Assembly (NCBI GenBank): GCA_037447605.1
Contig: CM074806.1
Span: 4,774,001-4,838,000, forward strand
Origin: Zygnema circumcarinatum SAG 698-1b
Taxonomy: Eukaryota > Plantae > Zygnematophyceae
Direction of reading: 5' to 3'
Length of the DNA: 64,000 nucleotides
Shown here: piece after piece, positions 24,001 to 36,000 of the stretch
Numbering within the stretch: position 1 is the stretch's first letter
Layout of the letters: each line of letters starts with the position of its first letter
The notes under the pieces: model-generated
What the model saw: the letters and a program-made list of their open reading frames with translations, nothing else
What the model was told of the DNA's origin: nothing
Databases searched by the model: none
Program-made: the position numbers and the translations under genes

Positions 24001-26828
24001 AGCAGGTTGGGCAGCATTCCCATCAACCATCCCTATTATACCCTCTATATCTTTTTCCTTTTTTTGTAACCTCCTGTCTCTCATAATGCTTAACAAACCC
24101 TCTGCCTTTGGGGAGGCTTGCTGCAGCAGTGTCCCGCATGCCTTTTCATTTCCTTGATCTCTTCTTTTGCAGCATAGATTCAATGATGAATGAATGTATG
24201 GTTCGACTGTTTGCAGGAGCTTCTCCTTGCTGCTGTTGGGGGAGATAACAACCTCGGATTCACCCGCCAAGGCCATCCTGTTGCTGCCATTTTGGTGTTC
24301 CGAGCACTCGAATATTGGCGAAGTTTTGATCTCCGGGACAGTGCCATATTTGCCTTAGTCATTGACACATTTCAGCAGGCAGACCGAGCAGGCAATGCGA
24401 GTCAGCTATCCTATTGGCTGGCCAATAGCATCACCCTCTACTCGCTAGTGCAGGCTCGAGAGAGGAGAGGGAGAAGTGCCTATCACAGTGAAGATTATCA
24501 AACCCGTACAGGGAATCTCGATACCGAATTGTTCAAGATGAAGTTGGGACTGGCAATTGTGCGGCTCTATGTCACTTTACGGGACAACGTGCGGACGGAG
24601 CTGCTCATGTTGCTGAGTGGGAAGGCTGGAGTGAGTTCTGCCACCATCTTGAAACCCTAATAGTGAACCATGGAACCTGCAGTTGGTAACCGTCCAGGGA
24701 ATCGAATCTTGAGGAATTATCCAAAATCCGTACATTCATGTGTCCGGCTAGGGGGGGGGGGGGGGGGGGGGNNNNNNNNNNGGGGGGATCTTTAGAATGA
24801 TCTTGTGTGTGGGAGAACAGAATATGGGCTTCACACACTGCTTGAATTGCTGACCAGGTGCTGCATTTGGTACTGAGTAAATACAGTAAAATGTTGAGGT
24901 TTTGGCTGCATTTTTCTAGTAGGCAACCGTTGTTTCCTGCCAATGCAGGGACTTTCTGCAAAGTATATCCTTCCTTTCCTTCTTCTGTCTTCTTCGTTCT
25001 CTCGCTCTCTCGTCCCCCATCCTCCCTCTCTTGTTCCTTTATCTCTATTCCGCTTCACACTTCACTCATCTTGCCCCGCCGCCCCCCGCCCTCACCTCTC
25101 TATTCTCTACTCTTCCCTCGCTCATCCACCCTTAGCCATTTGTTTCACTCTCTGTCGTCCCCCTCCCCTATCTCCCTTCCCTCACCTCCTCCCCTTCGTC
25201 TCCCCTCATCTCCCCTCCTCTCTTTCCCGCCCTTCTCCCCCTCGACTTTCCCCTGTTCACCCTTCTCCCCATATTCTTCCTCCCTCTCTCTCTCTCCGTT
25301 TCGCCCCTCCCATCCCTCCCCATCCTCCCCATTCTGTCCTCGCAACCCCCCCGTCTCCCCTCCCTCTCCCTTCCTCTCCATTCCCCCACCTATCACCCAC
25401 TTTTTCCTGGTCGAATGCATGCACAACTGCAGGATGAAAGGCATGGTGGGAGTGCTCTCTCTCGCTTAGGAAGCGCGGGAGAGAGGCAGGGAGGGGCCTA
25501 TTGGACGGGAATCACCATCATTCTCCAGCAGCTCCTAGACACCCTGGAAAGCTGCTGCGTGCCCACCCTCGTGGCGGGTTGCCTGCTGCAGCAGCTGCTG
25601 CAGTTTATCAACCTTAAAATATTCAACAGGTGAGATGGGGCTGCTGCTGTTCTCGTCCTGCCAAATCCGTCGTTGGGAATGGGAGTGTTGTAATGTTCTT
25701 CTTGAAGCAAAGACATGCGAAAGAATTGTAGAGTTGCGATTCACATGCATCGTTGGGAAAGCTGGGCAGTCTGCTTGTACGCAGCCGGTGGTGTCCCTGC
25801 ACGTACAGCAACGGCGAGGTCCTGCAGAATGCTCTCCTGCGCTTCAAACTATGGCTGCAAAGTCTCGATTACTGGCTGGAAGATTCCGACAGATTCTTCG
25901 AGGAGGAGCTGCTGCATTTGGAGGAGGCAGTAGGGCTACTGGTGAGTGAGAGAGTGTGTGTTGGGGTCTGCCTTGTAGGGAGCAATTGGAGGGTTAATGA
26001 GACGTGGGTTTTGGGCATTACTATGATGATGAACCGGGTGGTCGTTTGCTTGCAGCTATACAAGAACAAGCAGGCGTTGTCCTTGGAAGACCTGCAGGAG
26101 CTCTGCCCCCACCTGAGTCCCAACCAGCTTTGGCATATTTGTAGCTACTTTGAGGACGACAAGTACAACACACTCGGAGTGCAGCCCTCTCTGCTGCTGC
26201 GACTATGGAAGTTGATGCCGGACCCCGCGCCGGAACTCGTGGCAGACGACAGAAGGTAAGCGAAATGAAAAAACGAGTCGATCTACATGTACCTGTATGT
26301 TGCAAATGCACTGTCCGTGCATCGTTTTTTCGACTGTAAATTCGGCTGTTACCTTTCTTCAGACACTTGAGGAGGATGAGCGCACGTCAATGTGAGATAG
26401 TGGTCGGGATGTGAAGGTTCAGTCTAACAAGGAGCGCATCTCGTCGTCCTCAGAGGGTGATCTGCACTGCCTGCTGACATTCCCTCCCTCCGTTCTGTTC
26501 CGTTTAACTGCACAGCATTCCGTTCGACATAGAAGAGGTCATCGCCGCGGAGCCCAGCTTCAACCCTGACGACGTTGAGATCCCTCCGCGGGTCCTCCAC
26601 GACGAGGCCCTCCTCTTCCTCCTCCCTTCACCCTCAGCGCCCCCTCTCCCTCTCCCTCTCCCTCTCCCTCCCCCTCCCCCCTTAGGGTTGGTCCCCACCC
26701 CCCCCCGGGGCCCCTCCCCGGCGGGCGGGCCCTCTCTCACACGCTCCAAAGCGAGCCGGCGGAGCACCTCCGAAGGGGCCGCCCTCAGCCGCCGCGGCTC
26801 GGGGGCGGACCTTCAGGACTGGCTGTAA
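15028..26828 (+). CDS. Class XI myosin (SH3-like N-terminus, motor, IQ neck, coiled coil, Dilute/cargo domain), about 28-30 exons
   Basis: Motor motifs: [16 protein letters not shown] (15492-15629), P-loop GESGAGKT (17016-17172), switch I NNNSSRFGK, DIYGFE (18883-18993), [29 protein letters not shown]-like motifs lie at ~21870-22520 and coiled coil at 23002-23773. The tail has [43 protein letters not shown] and SIPFDIEEV. Stop TAA at 26826-26828. A few mid-tail exon borders are uncertain. Confidence 0.95.
24772..24781. other. Assembly gap (10 N) flanked by poly-G, inside a myosin intron
   Basis: N run with G21 on the left and G6 on the right. Confidence 0.99.
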
Positions 26829-27365
26829 CGGCAGGGAGGGAGGGAGGGAGGGAGGGAGGGAGGGAGAGGGAGGTGGGAAAAAACAAGGAAAAAAAGGGGA
26901 GGAAATAAGAGGAAATAAAGCTCGCACGGAAAGAGAGACAGAGAGAGAGAGAGAGCGCAGTGGGAGAAGAGAGGGCGCAATGAGTGGGTTTTTTCTTATA
27001 AATTTTAGTTCTGTAAGATATATATATATACCCCATTTAATGTGTAGATCGGTAGCATCGCTTTTTTGGGTAGATCGATTGATAGGTAGCCGCTGTTTAT
27101 TAGCTTTTTTTTTTTTTTTTCCTGTCCATTTATTGTTTTTTTTTTTAAATGGATGGTAGGCGTAGTGGGGCCTTTAATTCGGCCAAATTCTCTTGTCATC
27201 GTTGGCACGCGGCCCCTCTCCTTTGGGGCCATTCCCGTCTTTTAATTTAATGCCGCGCTGCGAACAAATGGGCCGCCGACCGACCTCAGAGCGGCGACCG
27301 AGGATTTGGTTTTTTCCATTCAACTGGTTTTTGGGATCGGGCCGAAGTCAACGTGAGCAGGAACG

Positions 27366-27533
27366 ATTGGCTCAGTAGTCCGCAGATAAGGCTAGCAATT
27401 GCCACGTGGCTTGTGCACACTGGTTAAATCGTTGAGGCTGCCACGAGGCTTGTGCAGATTAGCTCAAAATGCCACGTGTGCCCCATGTGCATTGACTCAT
27501 TGGCTGCCACGTGGTGTATGCGCATTGGCTCAG
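27366..27533. promoter_or_regulatory. Degenerate 4-unit array of G-box (GCCACGTG) plus CCAAT modules, including one exact ERSE (CCAAT-N9-CCACG on the minus strand)
   Basis: CGTGG-N9-ATTGG at 27510-27528. Variants: CGTGG-N9-ACTGG at 27405, CGAGG-N9-ATTAG at 27444, CGTGT-N11-ATTGA at 27475. Confidence 0.5.
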
Positions 27534-28540
27534 AGAGTTTCAGTCTGCGTCGTGGCAGACCATTTCGCAAATGCACGGCCGCGCATTCAGGGGACATTCT
27601 GAAATTCTGTTTTTGTCTGAAAACAAATCCGAGCACCGACCTGCCCGGCACGACCGGGGGGAGGCGTGACCCGCCAGCCAATCAGAAGTTGCCGTTCGCC
27701 CGTTATTGCCCGCTAAATTCAAAAGGACCGTACTGTGTGAGGTACGGTCCAACTGGTGCATGCTCCATCGGGCGGTTTGTTTTGTCGTTTGTGGCTCACG
27801 CCTCCCCTCGCCCGACAGAACAGGACTCCGTCAAAGGGAAGTACAGACCATCATAAAACGACAAGAAATCAGAAGACCAGCTTCCTCGAAGCATCCAAGT
27901 CTGCCAGCTGTCACCCGCAGATCCGGTTCGTGCTGACGCAATCCGTACGTGTTGTCGGTAGCCCGTGGCCGCCAGATGACGACAACAGAATTGTACGAAC
28001 GGGCAGCCCGGCGCGCAGTGTAAACTTGGACAGGGCAGCTGAAAACTTTTGGGCCGAGTCCAAAGGCAAACGGCACTGCCGCCGGGCAGGGCCAAAAGAA
28101 AAACAATTGTCGGCTTTTGCCGACCTACGTCACGTCCCCTCGTCACTCCCTACGCCTTTCATCCTCGCCGACCAGCCGCTGGCCGACCCTAAAACGACAA
28201 AATACATGCCCCGGCTTTCAAGCCCCTGTGGCACCGACTATGACACCATACTTCGTCACGCGCATGCTTCCATGGCTGTCAGCTAGCATATAAATGACGT
28301 CATCTATTCGAGCCGCGACAGAAGCGTTATTCGTACTGTTGTGATAGTACGGACTTCACCAGTAGCAGGTTTTGTACGGTTTATGTCGGCCGTGCGAATC
28401 AGCGCACACCACGCGTCCATCATTTGTCACATTGTGCGTGCGCGCCGACACGGAGGCGAACCGCCGCGCGGTAACCGACTCCCTCCCGTCGGCGCGGCCC
28501 CTCAAACCGCTCCGCGCTGCCGCCCTCCTGTCTTTCAACC

Positions 28541-28690
28541 TCTCCCTTCTCTCTAGCCTCTCTCTCTCACGTCTCTCGCTCTCCCTCTCTCTCTCTCGCT
28601 GACATCTCTCTCTCTAGCCTCTCTCTATCTCCTCTCTCTATCTTTCTCTCTAGCCTCTCTCTCTCTAGCCTCTCTCTCTCTCTTTATCTC
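28541..28690. repeat. Imperfect (CT)n microsatellite with CTAGCCT interruptions, in the 5' leader region of the downstream gene
   Basis: Read directly from the sequence. Confidence 0.85.
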
Positions 28691-28739
28691 GCTGTCGCGC
28701 TCTCCCGCACTCCCTTCAGCTGGCACGGAGAAAATGTGA

Positions 28740-30277
28740 ATGACCCCCTCTCGGGACACGTGGCTGGACGGAGGAGAATTTCTTCCGGATATCGGAAGAA
28801 TGGCGTTCTCCTCCGCATGCTCCGTAGCAGAGGCCACGCCACGTGTCAGACTCCACGGCTGCCGCCGGCTTCCTCGCTCCCCCTCCGTACCCACTCCCAC
28901 TCCCTCTCCCTCTCCCTCTCCCTCTCGCGATAACTTCTCTGTGGAATCCTTGTATGGCATTCTCGAGTCTTCCTTTTCCGATGGGTCCCCATATCCAAGC
29001 TCCCTCTCTATGCCCCGCAAGTCCGCCCAAATCGTCCCTCAGCGCCCGTGTGAACAGGGGCTGTACAGCACCGTCCCTATGGGGACCCAACGGGGACACG
29101 TGGCTGTCTCAGGAGGAGGCATTCCTCCTCTCCCTCATTCAGTCAACGCTGCGAGCAGGCATGGGCTCTCTCCCTCCTCCTCCTCTCATGGGGAAGAAAC
29201 GCTTGTGGCTTTGGAAAACCATTTCCTCCAAGAAGTTCTCAAGTGGGAAATTTCGAACGAAGATGCGCTTCTCGATAACGGAGCTTCGCTGCTATGTGCC
29301 GATAAAGAGATGATGATGGCGGCCATGGGGGGTGGGGCCGATGGGGCCCCATGGGAGGCAGTGAGTGAGGGAGACTTCAGAACAAGCGAAGTCTCTGAGA
29401 TCGATCTTCCGCGGATTCAGCGTCAGCTTCAGTGCACTCAGAACCGCAGGAAGATGCAGCGAGTGAGCTCCGCTCCTGCGCTTTCCTGCTCTCTCGCAGA
29501 CCTTTCCACTCTGAATGAGAGCCTCTTTCAGCGCAGGATGCAGCATGCTCGGAAGGTTGAAAGTGGAGGGCTTCCTGGAAAAGCAATGCAAGGGGTGATG
29601 TGGAGCGAGAATCCATGGCGGCCATGCATGGACATGCCGGATCTGCAGCCCTCTCCTGTGGTCACAAAGTCACAGAGTGGTGCGTTGCCTGGCCTTAGAG
29701 ATGGCTTGGAGAGCGAAATGGAGGTGAACCCAAAGTCCGCTTTTAAGCATAATGAGTCGAACGAGGACTTGTGGACCTGCGTTTTCGGCCCAACTCGCGA
29801 GGCTTCCTGCGTCCCTCGCAGTGGGAAGAGGCCTCTTGAGAGGGAGGGCCTATTGGAGTCCTGTTTTTCGGCATTCGATTCCATGCCTTCGGGGACGAGG
29901 CCCTGCACTCCGACGGGGGGCTCGAATGAAAGAGAGGAGAGGGCGCTGAATGCAACAAAGGGCGAGTCGGTGGAAGATGGGAGCTTGCTGAAGAAGAAGA
30001 AGAAAGGATCAATGTCGCTTGAGGTAGGTCCCCTTCCTTCGTCCGGCTCCTTTCCTTTCCTCGGCCCGCCTGCTGATAAGATCGTGCGCTGGTATAGGAT
30101 TCACACTTGCAATTGCTTGCTTCTTTTTCTTCTAATTCGAATGTTCTATGTGAGCAGGTGCAGCTGCAACACCTCGCCGAGGAATGGCGCGGAGCCGCGA
30201 CCATGGGCTGCTTGAGTGTGGCGAGTCTCCTGCGATTGGGCGATGGCGCTGCCCTCTCTCAGAGGGCGAAGAAGTAA
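28740..30277 (+). CDS. Hypothetical, largely disordered protein (~467 aa, 2 exons) with a basic KKKKK patch
   Basis: Long open exon 28740-30023 ends GAG|GTAGG. Exon 2 at 30158-30277 follows a gagcag acceptor, stays in phase and ends TAA. No recognisable domain. Confidence 0.7.
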
Positions 30278-31512
30278 CGACTTGCAGCGACTCCACCTCT
30301 TCGCTCTCTCCCTTTTTCCGCAATGGGTGGCAGGAGGCAGCCCCACTGCGTTGTACGAGTAGGAGGACTCATTTTGCTTCTCGCGTTTGATGGGGGGACT
30401 GGCTGTCTTTCTTTTGTCCAAAGAAGGTTTGAGGGTTCAGACACTCAACCTTCGAATGTATGTATGATCCGCCGCTGGTGCTAAAATGCGCATGAGTTTT
30501 TCCACACCAATTTGCGGTCGCCAAATCCGCAGGTTGGTGGTGGGTCGGAGCAGAAAGGAAGGAAGGGAGGAAGGAAGGAGGTGCATGCAAGGAGTGGTTC
30601 ACGGCCAAAGTGTACAGAGAGAAAGGGGGCGGTCTGGCACGCGTGTTCTTACCATGTACAAGAGTAGCAGCTTAGAGCAGGCGGAAAAGTTTTTTTTTTG
30701 GATAGGAAAGGCAGCAGCCTTGCTTGCCCTGTATTTGTCGCCGCTGAAGCGTGGAGAATGAATGAATGAACATCCCTTTTTCCCTTGTCCTCGCTTTTGA
30801 TGGCAAAGGGGTGCTGGTTTTGTTGCGTGCTCGCGTTGAACCCCATCACATTGCATTGCTATACATGTCTCGTTTGTTGGTTTTGGATGCCTGTAAGGAC
30901 ATGGATGCGTTGTATGGACTTTTGGTTCCAACCGGATGGGCAAAGGCACTGCGGCAAGCGAGCAAGTGCTCACTCTATCTTGAAACGAACCAATTGCGAT
31001 CAAGCTCGTTTACCATTCAAACATTGTAACACTAACTACGAGCAACGAGAAACTCTTCCTCGAATGAAGCAACATCTGAAGTGTAGCGTAGGACAGGCGA
31101 TGGCTGTAGTTAGCAGTCTTGGAGAGGAGATGGATGTGGCATGGATCCCACCATGGCGACGCCATCACACGTGCATGGCCAACAACAACAACAACAACAT
31201 GGGGAAAGGAACCACGAGAAACCAACCAGTCGCAAAGGACCCAAGGACGAAGGACAAACAAAAAGCTATGAGCGGCCCCATCGCCATGGGCCATGGCATG
31301 TGCCATGGCCATGGGGGCATAGCATGGCATGGCATGGGCATGGCCGCATGGGTCGCATCCGTCCATGGCCATCCGATCGTCTCTCGAAGGCCTCAGTCCT
31401 CCGCCGCTCCCTCCCCAGAGCGAGGAGGCCTCTCCCCGCCGGAGAGCAGCTCTCTGCGACCCTCTGCAGCGTTGCCACGTGGCGCATCACAGCGTGGCCT
31501 CCCACACGTGCG

Positions 31513-34500
31513 ATGTCGGGCTCGCTGCGCAGCTCCGTGAGACGGCTCCTCTCCCACAGCCGCGCTCTCTCTGTGACACGGCCCGCCTCTCGCAACACTG
31601 GGCCTATCGACGTCCTTTATGCAAGCTCTAACCCTAATTCTAGCAGTATCCCTAACCCTGCGTCTTATTCGAACTATTTTCCCACCGTTCACCATACTAT
31701 CGAAGCACTTCCTCAGTCTGACTCCAACTTGACAATCAACCATATCGGGCAATCGCCTATCTCTGTTTCTAACTTGTACTTCGAACCTGATTCTAACCCT
31801 AAAGCTAAACTACGGTGGGAGAATGTATATGGGAGACGTGAGCCATTATGGAAAAAGCCGTTGCAGGTACCTTCGCACGCTTGCAGCTCCCTACTTCCTG
31901 CGTTTCAAAAGCGGCCCCAAGAAGAAAGTTTAAAAATGGATTACGAGAGCGATACCTTCTTCCATGCTCCAGACAGCTTCCATGGTGCCTGCAATCGTTC
32001 CTCAGCTGCAGTACAGGCGCTTTCATTTAACAGAGCGATTCGTTGTGTCCCGGATAAGCTGGGAGCTGTGAAAAAATCAGCGATCTAGATTCAAATAGGC
32101 TCGGCAGGGGATAGCGGTGCATTATAAAACTGAACTAAGTGCAATAGGATTTTCTGCTTGATGGTCACCTTGCATTATCCAATAAACCACGAGACAACTT
32201 TAGAATGCGTTCTTCTTCCTCATGCATTTACTGTCGGGCTTAAAGATCGCCTCAACAGCGTCCTACTTTGAGCTGAACTTGACAAGCTTTAAAATTTTGG
32301 ATATTTATAGATAACAAAACAATTCTCGTGCACGATGGATCCGCCTTCTACATTATAAGAGGGATGCCGTGGGGGTTTAGCAGGAGGTGCGCCAAGACCA
32401 TTGTACCTCCACCATGTTAGGGAGCCGCGGTTTTTCAAGTCGACATACAAGCCCGTTGCCGCTGCAGAAGATAACGCCATTCTTGACGCCGTTCGCACTT
32501 CCTGGCCATGTCGCCATGTTCCACAGCACGAGAAGGGCAGACAATGACGTCGAAGGTGAAGGCCATGTAGCTGCAGCGATTCCCCCTGAGGAGCTCGCAG
32601 AATGGGGAGACTCCGCCACAGAAGTTATCAGCATTGCAGCCATGGGTGGTGGCAGCGAGGTGGCTTCGATCGCCCATAATCATATCCCACCCATTGCTGC
32701 CTTGCAGCAGGTTATCGAGGCCGTGCATCTACAGCTGGATTTGCCATGGTGTGTTCCTCTTGCTCTTGTCCAAACCACCCTTTCATGATGTTTTGCATAC
32801 TTTTCTGCGTTTTTTTTTCTATCGCTACATAGAAAGGCTGTTGATGCAGGCCGCACGTGTTCAATGAGCAGCCTTTGATTCTGACTTTTCTGTCAGACCA
32901 GGTGGGCAGCCATAGCTGCGACGACTATCGGCATCCGGACGGTGATGCTGCCGCTGATGGTTTACCAAATGAAGCTTATGGCTGGGCTTATGGTGCGCAT
33001 TACAAGCCCGGGAAAGATTCTGTGAAGGTCATGGTCTTGAAGGTTTGGGTTGAGAGATAATAGCACCAGTGGCTGTGGCGGAGAAAACTTGGAGTGGCGA
33101 GTTTCATATTACGAGAAGTGAATGAGTCAGTATGGGCTTTAGAGTTGCTGAAGTGTTGGAAGGGAGAGGACGTGCAGAAGGTGAAGCCGGAAGTGGAGCG
33201 GTTGGTCGCCAAGATGAAAGAAAGTGTGAGTTGCGTCTTTCATACAATTTTATATTCGATGCAGTGAATCACTTTCTCTGATTCACCCACCTACAGTGGA
33301 GGATGAAGTATATGCATGTGGGCTTATTTGAATGTTAGGGCGAGGTGGAGCAGAATTATGATCCACAGGTGGTTGCAAAGTATCAGAAGGAGACAGCCCT
33401 CCTCTACAAAAAGTGCGCACCTTGACTTTGCTTATTGTCATTGTAGTGTTCCCCCGTGAAAATGCATGACTGTTCAAAGAGGGTGGTTAGGAGAGCCAGT
33501 TTTTTCATTTGGAGTTTTGGTCATGATCTGAAGGGCTGAATGAGAGTGCAGGCATAACACGCACCCTTTCGCCCCATTTGTAGGGGCCGCCATACAAGGG
33601 ACGACCTTTATCTGTTTCTTCTTCGCGGTAGGCTGCTGTCTTTTTTCCTCCCGGGGTCTCTCCCTCCCTTTTGAGTCCCCCTTATCTTCACGGGTTCTGT
33701 CTGCTCGTGAGGAGTGTATCCTGAACAATTTGATTGCACTTTGAATCGCAGGTCCAAGGGATGGCAACTGGGCTTGAGTCCTTCAAGACAGGTGGCATGC
33801 TGTGGTTCGTCAACTTGGCAACTCCAGATTCGCTGTATATCCTCCCTGTAGTCACTGCCCTCACCTTCTTGGTCACTGTAGAGGTGCCATTCTCATCCAT
33901 CCTTTATCGTTAGCTTCTCAAAGCCTTTAGCTGTGTTGTTTCAAAGGAGCTGATTTAACCTCATCAGTCTTTATCCGGATTAGGTTTGTGCAAGTTGTTC
34001 TGTTTGAAGGCGGGTTCTAGATTTCAGAATTGTTGTAATTTTTTTTGTTTGTTTCTGAACTAAAGCTGCGTGGGGAAAACGACCTGTTGGGTTGGCAGCT
34101 TGGCGCAATTGAGGGCTTGGAGGGGCAGTCCAATGCCTCCCAAATGAAGATGTTTATGCGCATTATGGCTCTGGCTATGGTGCCTCTCACCATGAGCTTT
34201 CCCAAGGTAGCTAGCGACATATGCCTTAACGACTTTTTTCATGCAGTGTCCAATGGCTATTGCAGTTTTCATTTGTCTGCTTGCACTGTGATGACATATC
34301 CGACTCGACTGATGCCGTGGCTTGCTTTGGTTGCAGGCACTCTTCTTCTATTGGCTCCCCACCAACGTCTTTTCCCTTGCTCAGTCCTCATGTGAGATGC
34401 ATAAGCTTAGCCTTCGATTGAGCTTGTCCAGTTTGTAGGTTTTCTGTTTCATGAAGGGTGCAGTCGGGGCAACTCTTCGCTTCTCTGTCATGCTGTTGCT

Positions 34501-34756
34501 CTTTGTCTCCGTGGTCTCTTTTTTAAAGTAATGCTGATGTCAACGGAACTCCCTTTCATGGAGTGCAGTGTTTCGAGTGCCAATTGTCCGAAAGCTGCTG
34601 AAGCTGCCCGAGAAGGTGCCTGCTGCAGCGGCATCCAGTGCGGCTGCTGTGAAGTCTCCTGGAAGAAGCGCAGTGAGAGAGGAGAGGCCATTGTATACGC
34701 AGCGACCTGCAAGAGGGCGCACGGGAGGCAGCACGCGGAGGCAGAGAACGCGGTAA
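31513..34756 (+). CDS. OXA1: Mitochondrial inner-membrane insertase OXA1 (YidC/Alb3/Oxa1 family), about 10 exons
   Basis: Presequence-like MSGSLRSSVRRLLSHSRALS. Conserved blocks: LQQVIEAVH..DLPW|WAAIAATTIGIRTVMLPL, SFKTGGMLWFVNLATPDSLYILPV, MALAMVPLTMSFPK, ALFFYWLPTNVFSL, plus a basic C-terminal tail. Splice sites are GT-AG. Confidence 0.92.
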
Positions 34757-36000
34757 CCTGCTGACCCGCCCGCACCTCACAGTAGGGGTTTGAACGCAGG
34801 AGGAGTCCGTCCTTCTTATCATTTCTCAAGGCGTGCTTTAGGAGAAAATTGGGAGAGTGACTTGGCATTGATCTCAGGAAGGAGAAGGAGAAGGTACCGA
34901 AGCATAGCTTTTAGAAGAGTTTAGGAGTAGCTGAGGCCATGTAGTTCCAATTCTAAAGATTTTGTTCTGGTCGCGGATTCACTCTTATGTCGTGGGTATT
35001 TCACATATAAGGCTGAGCGAGGGGACTTGTACCACAACCTCCCTGATGGGTTCACGTGTTGCAACGAAACCCCTTTTTCAACGGTCACATGGAAGCACAC
35101 ACTTTGCCAATGTCAACAGCCAAGTGTCATGTTCGGTGACAAACTACCTCAAGGCGGAAATCTATGGATGGCGCCCTGTGCCCATACACCAATCCCAGCT
35201 CTCCACGTCGAACGAAATGCTGACGGGTCACACCTTCATTGGCCCACGAACAAACGTTCATGGCCTCCCGCAGTAGCACATGCCCATTGTCAGATTTCTA
35301 TTACTGTACTGGAAACTTGTGCAGAGTCAGGTACTCCCAGGCTTTCAGGGCCCACTCTGAATCAAAAAGGAACCAGTTTCTTTCAGTATGGGACCCAAAA
35401 TTCGGACGAGCCGCAGACGTCAACCGAACCGACGGTGCCCGCCGGTCCAACCTTTGCGAACGGTCGAAAAGGCCGCCATGGTGTCCCTCGGTAAAGACAC
35501 GCCTCCTTTCTAATGTCACTTCAATTTGTGACTTTAAAGAGGCTGCCCGGTCGTACCGTACAAGAAGTCACGTAGTGTCACGTCACGTGTCACGTAAAAG
35601 ACCCCTCCGGCAGTCCAGCCCCGGAAACGTTTTACGGCTGCCTATGATATTTTTTATCGCCCGGTCAGGAAATCGGACGGTCCACGGCACATCCGACGGC
35701 GTTCTGTGTGCATTTTCCATCACTGCGCCGTCCAATAACATATTTCACAAGGGTTCCCATGTCGGTGCAGTTTTCTGGGAAAGTCAATCCGCCTGGCCGT
35801 TCACACGTAAAAAGTCGAGATCCGGTTCCCGAGCGGTCCCACTTTCCAGGCCGGCGAGGGTGCCTGGTCGCTCCTTCCCGCTCACCCGCCTCTCCTCTCT
35901 CTCCCCCTCTCTCCCACTCTCTCCCTCTCTCTCTGCGCTGCTCTGAGAGCAGGCGAGCATGTCGCACGTGCTAACCTAACCTCATTGGACCTGTGAATCT

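Noticed and set aside
30785-31540. 251-aa ORF, and the 315-aa ORF 31141-32088 taken as a whole
   Set aside because: Low-complexity CATGG/CAA-rich leader with no domain. Only the part from ATG 31513 fits the OXA1 model.
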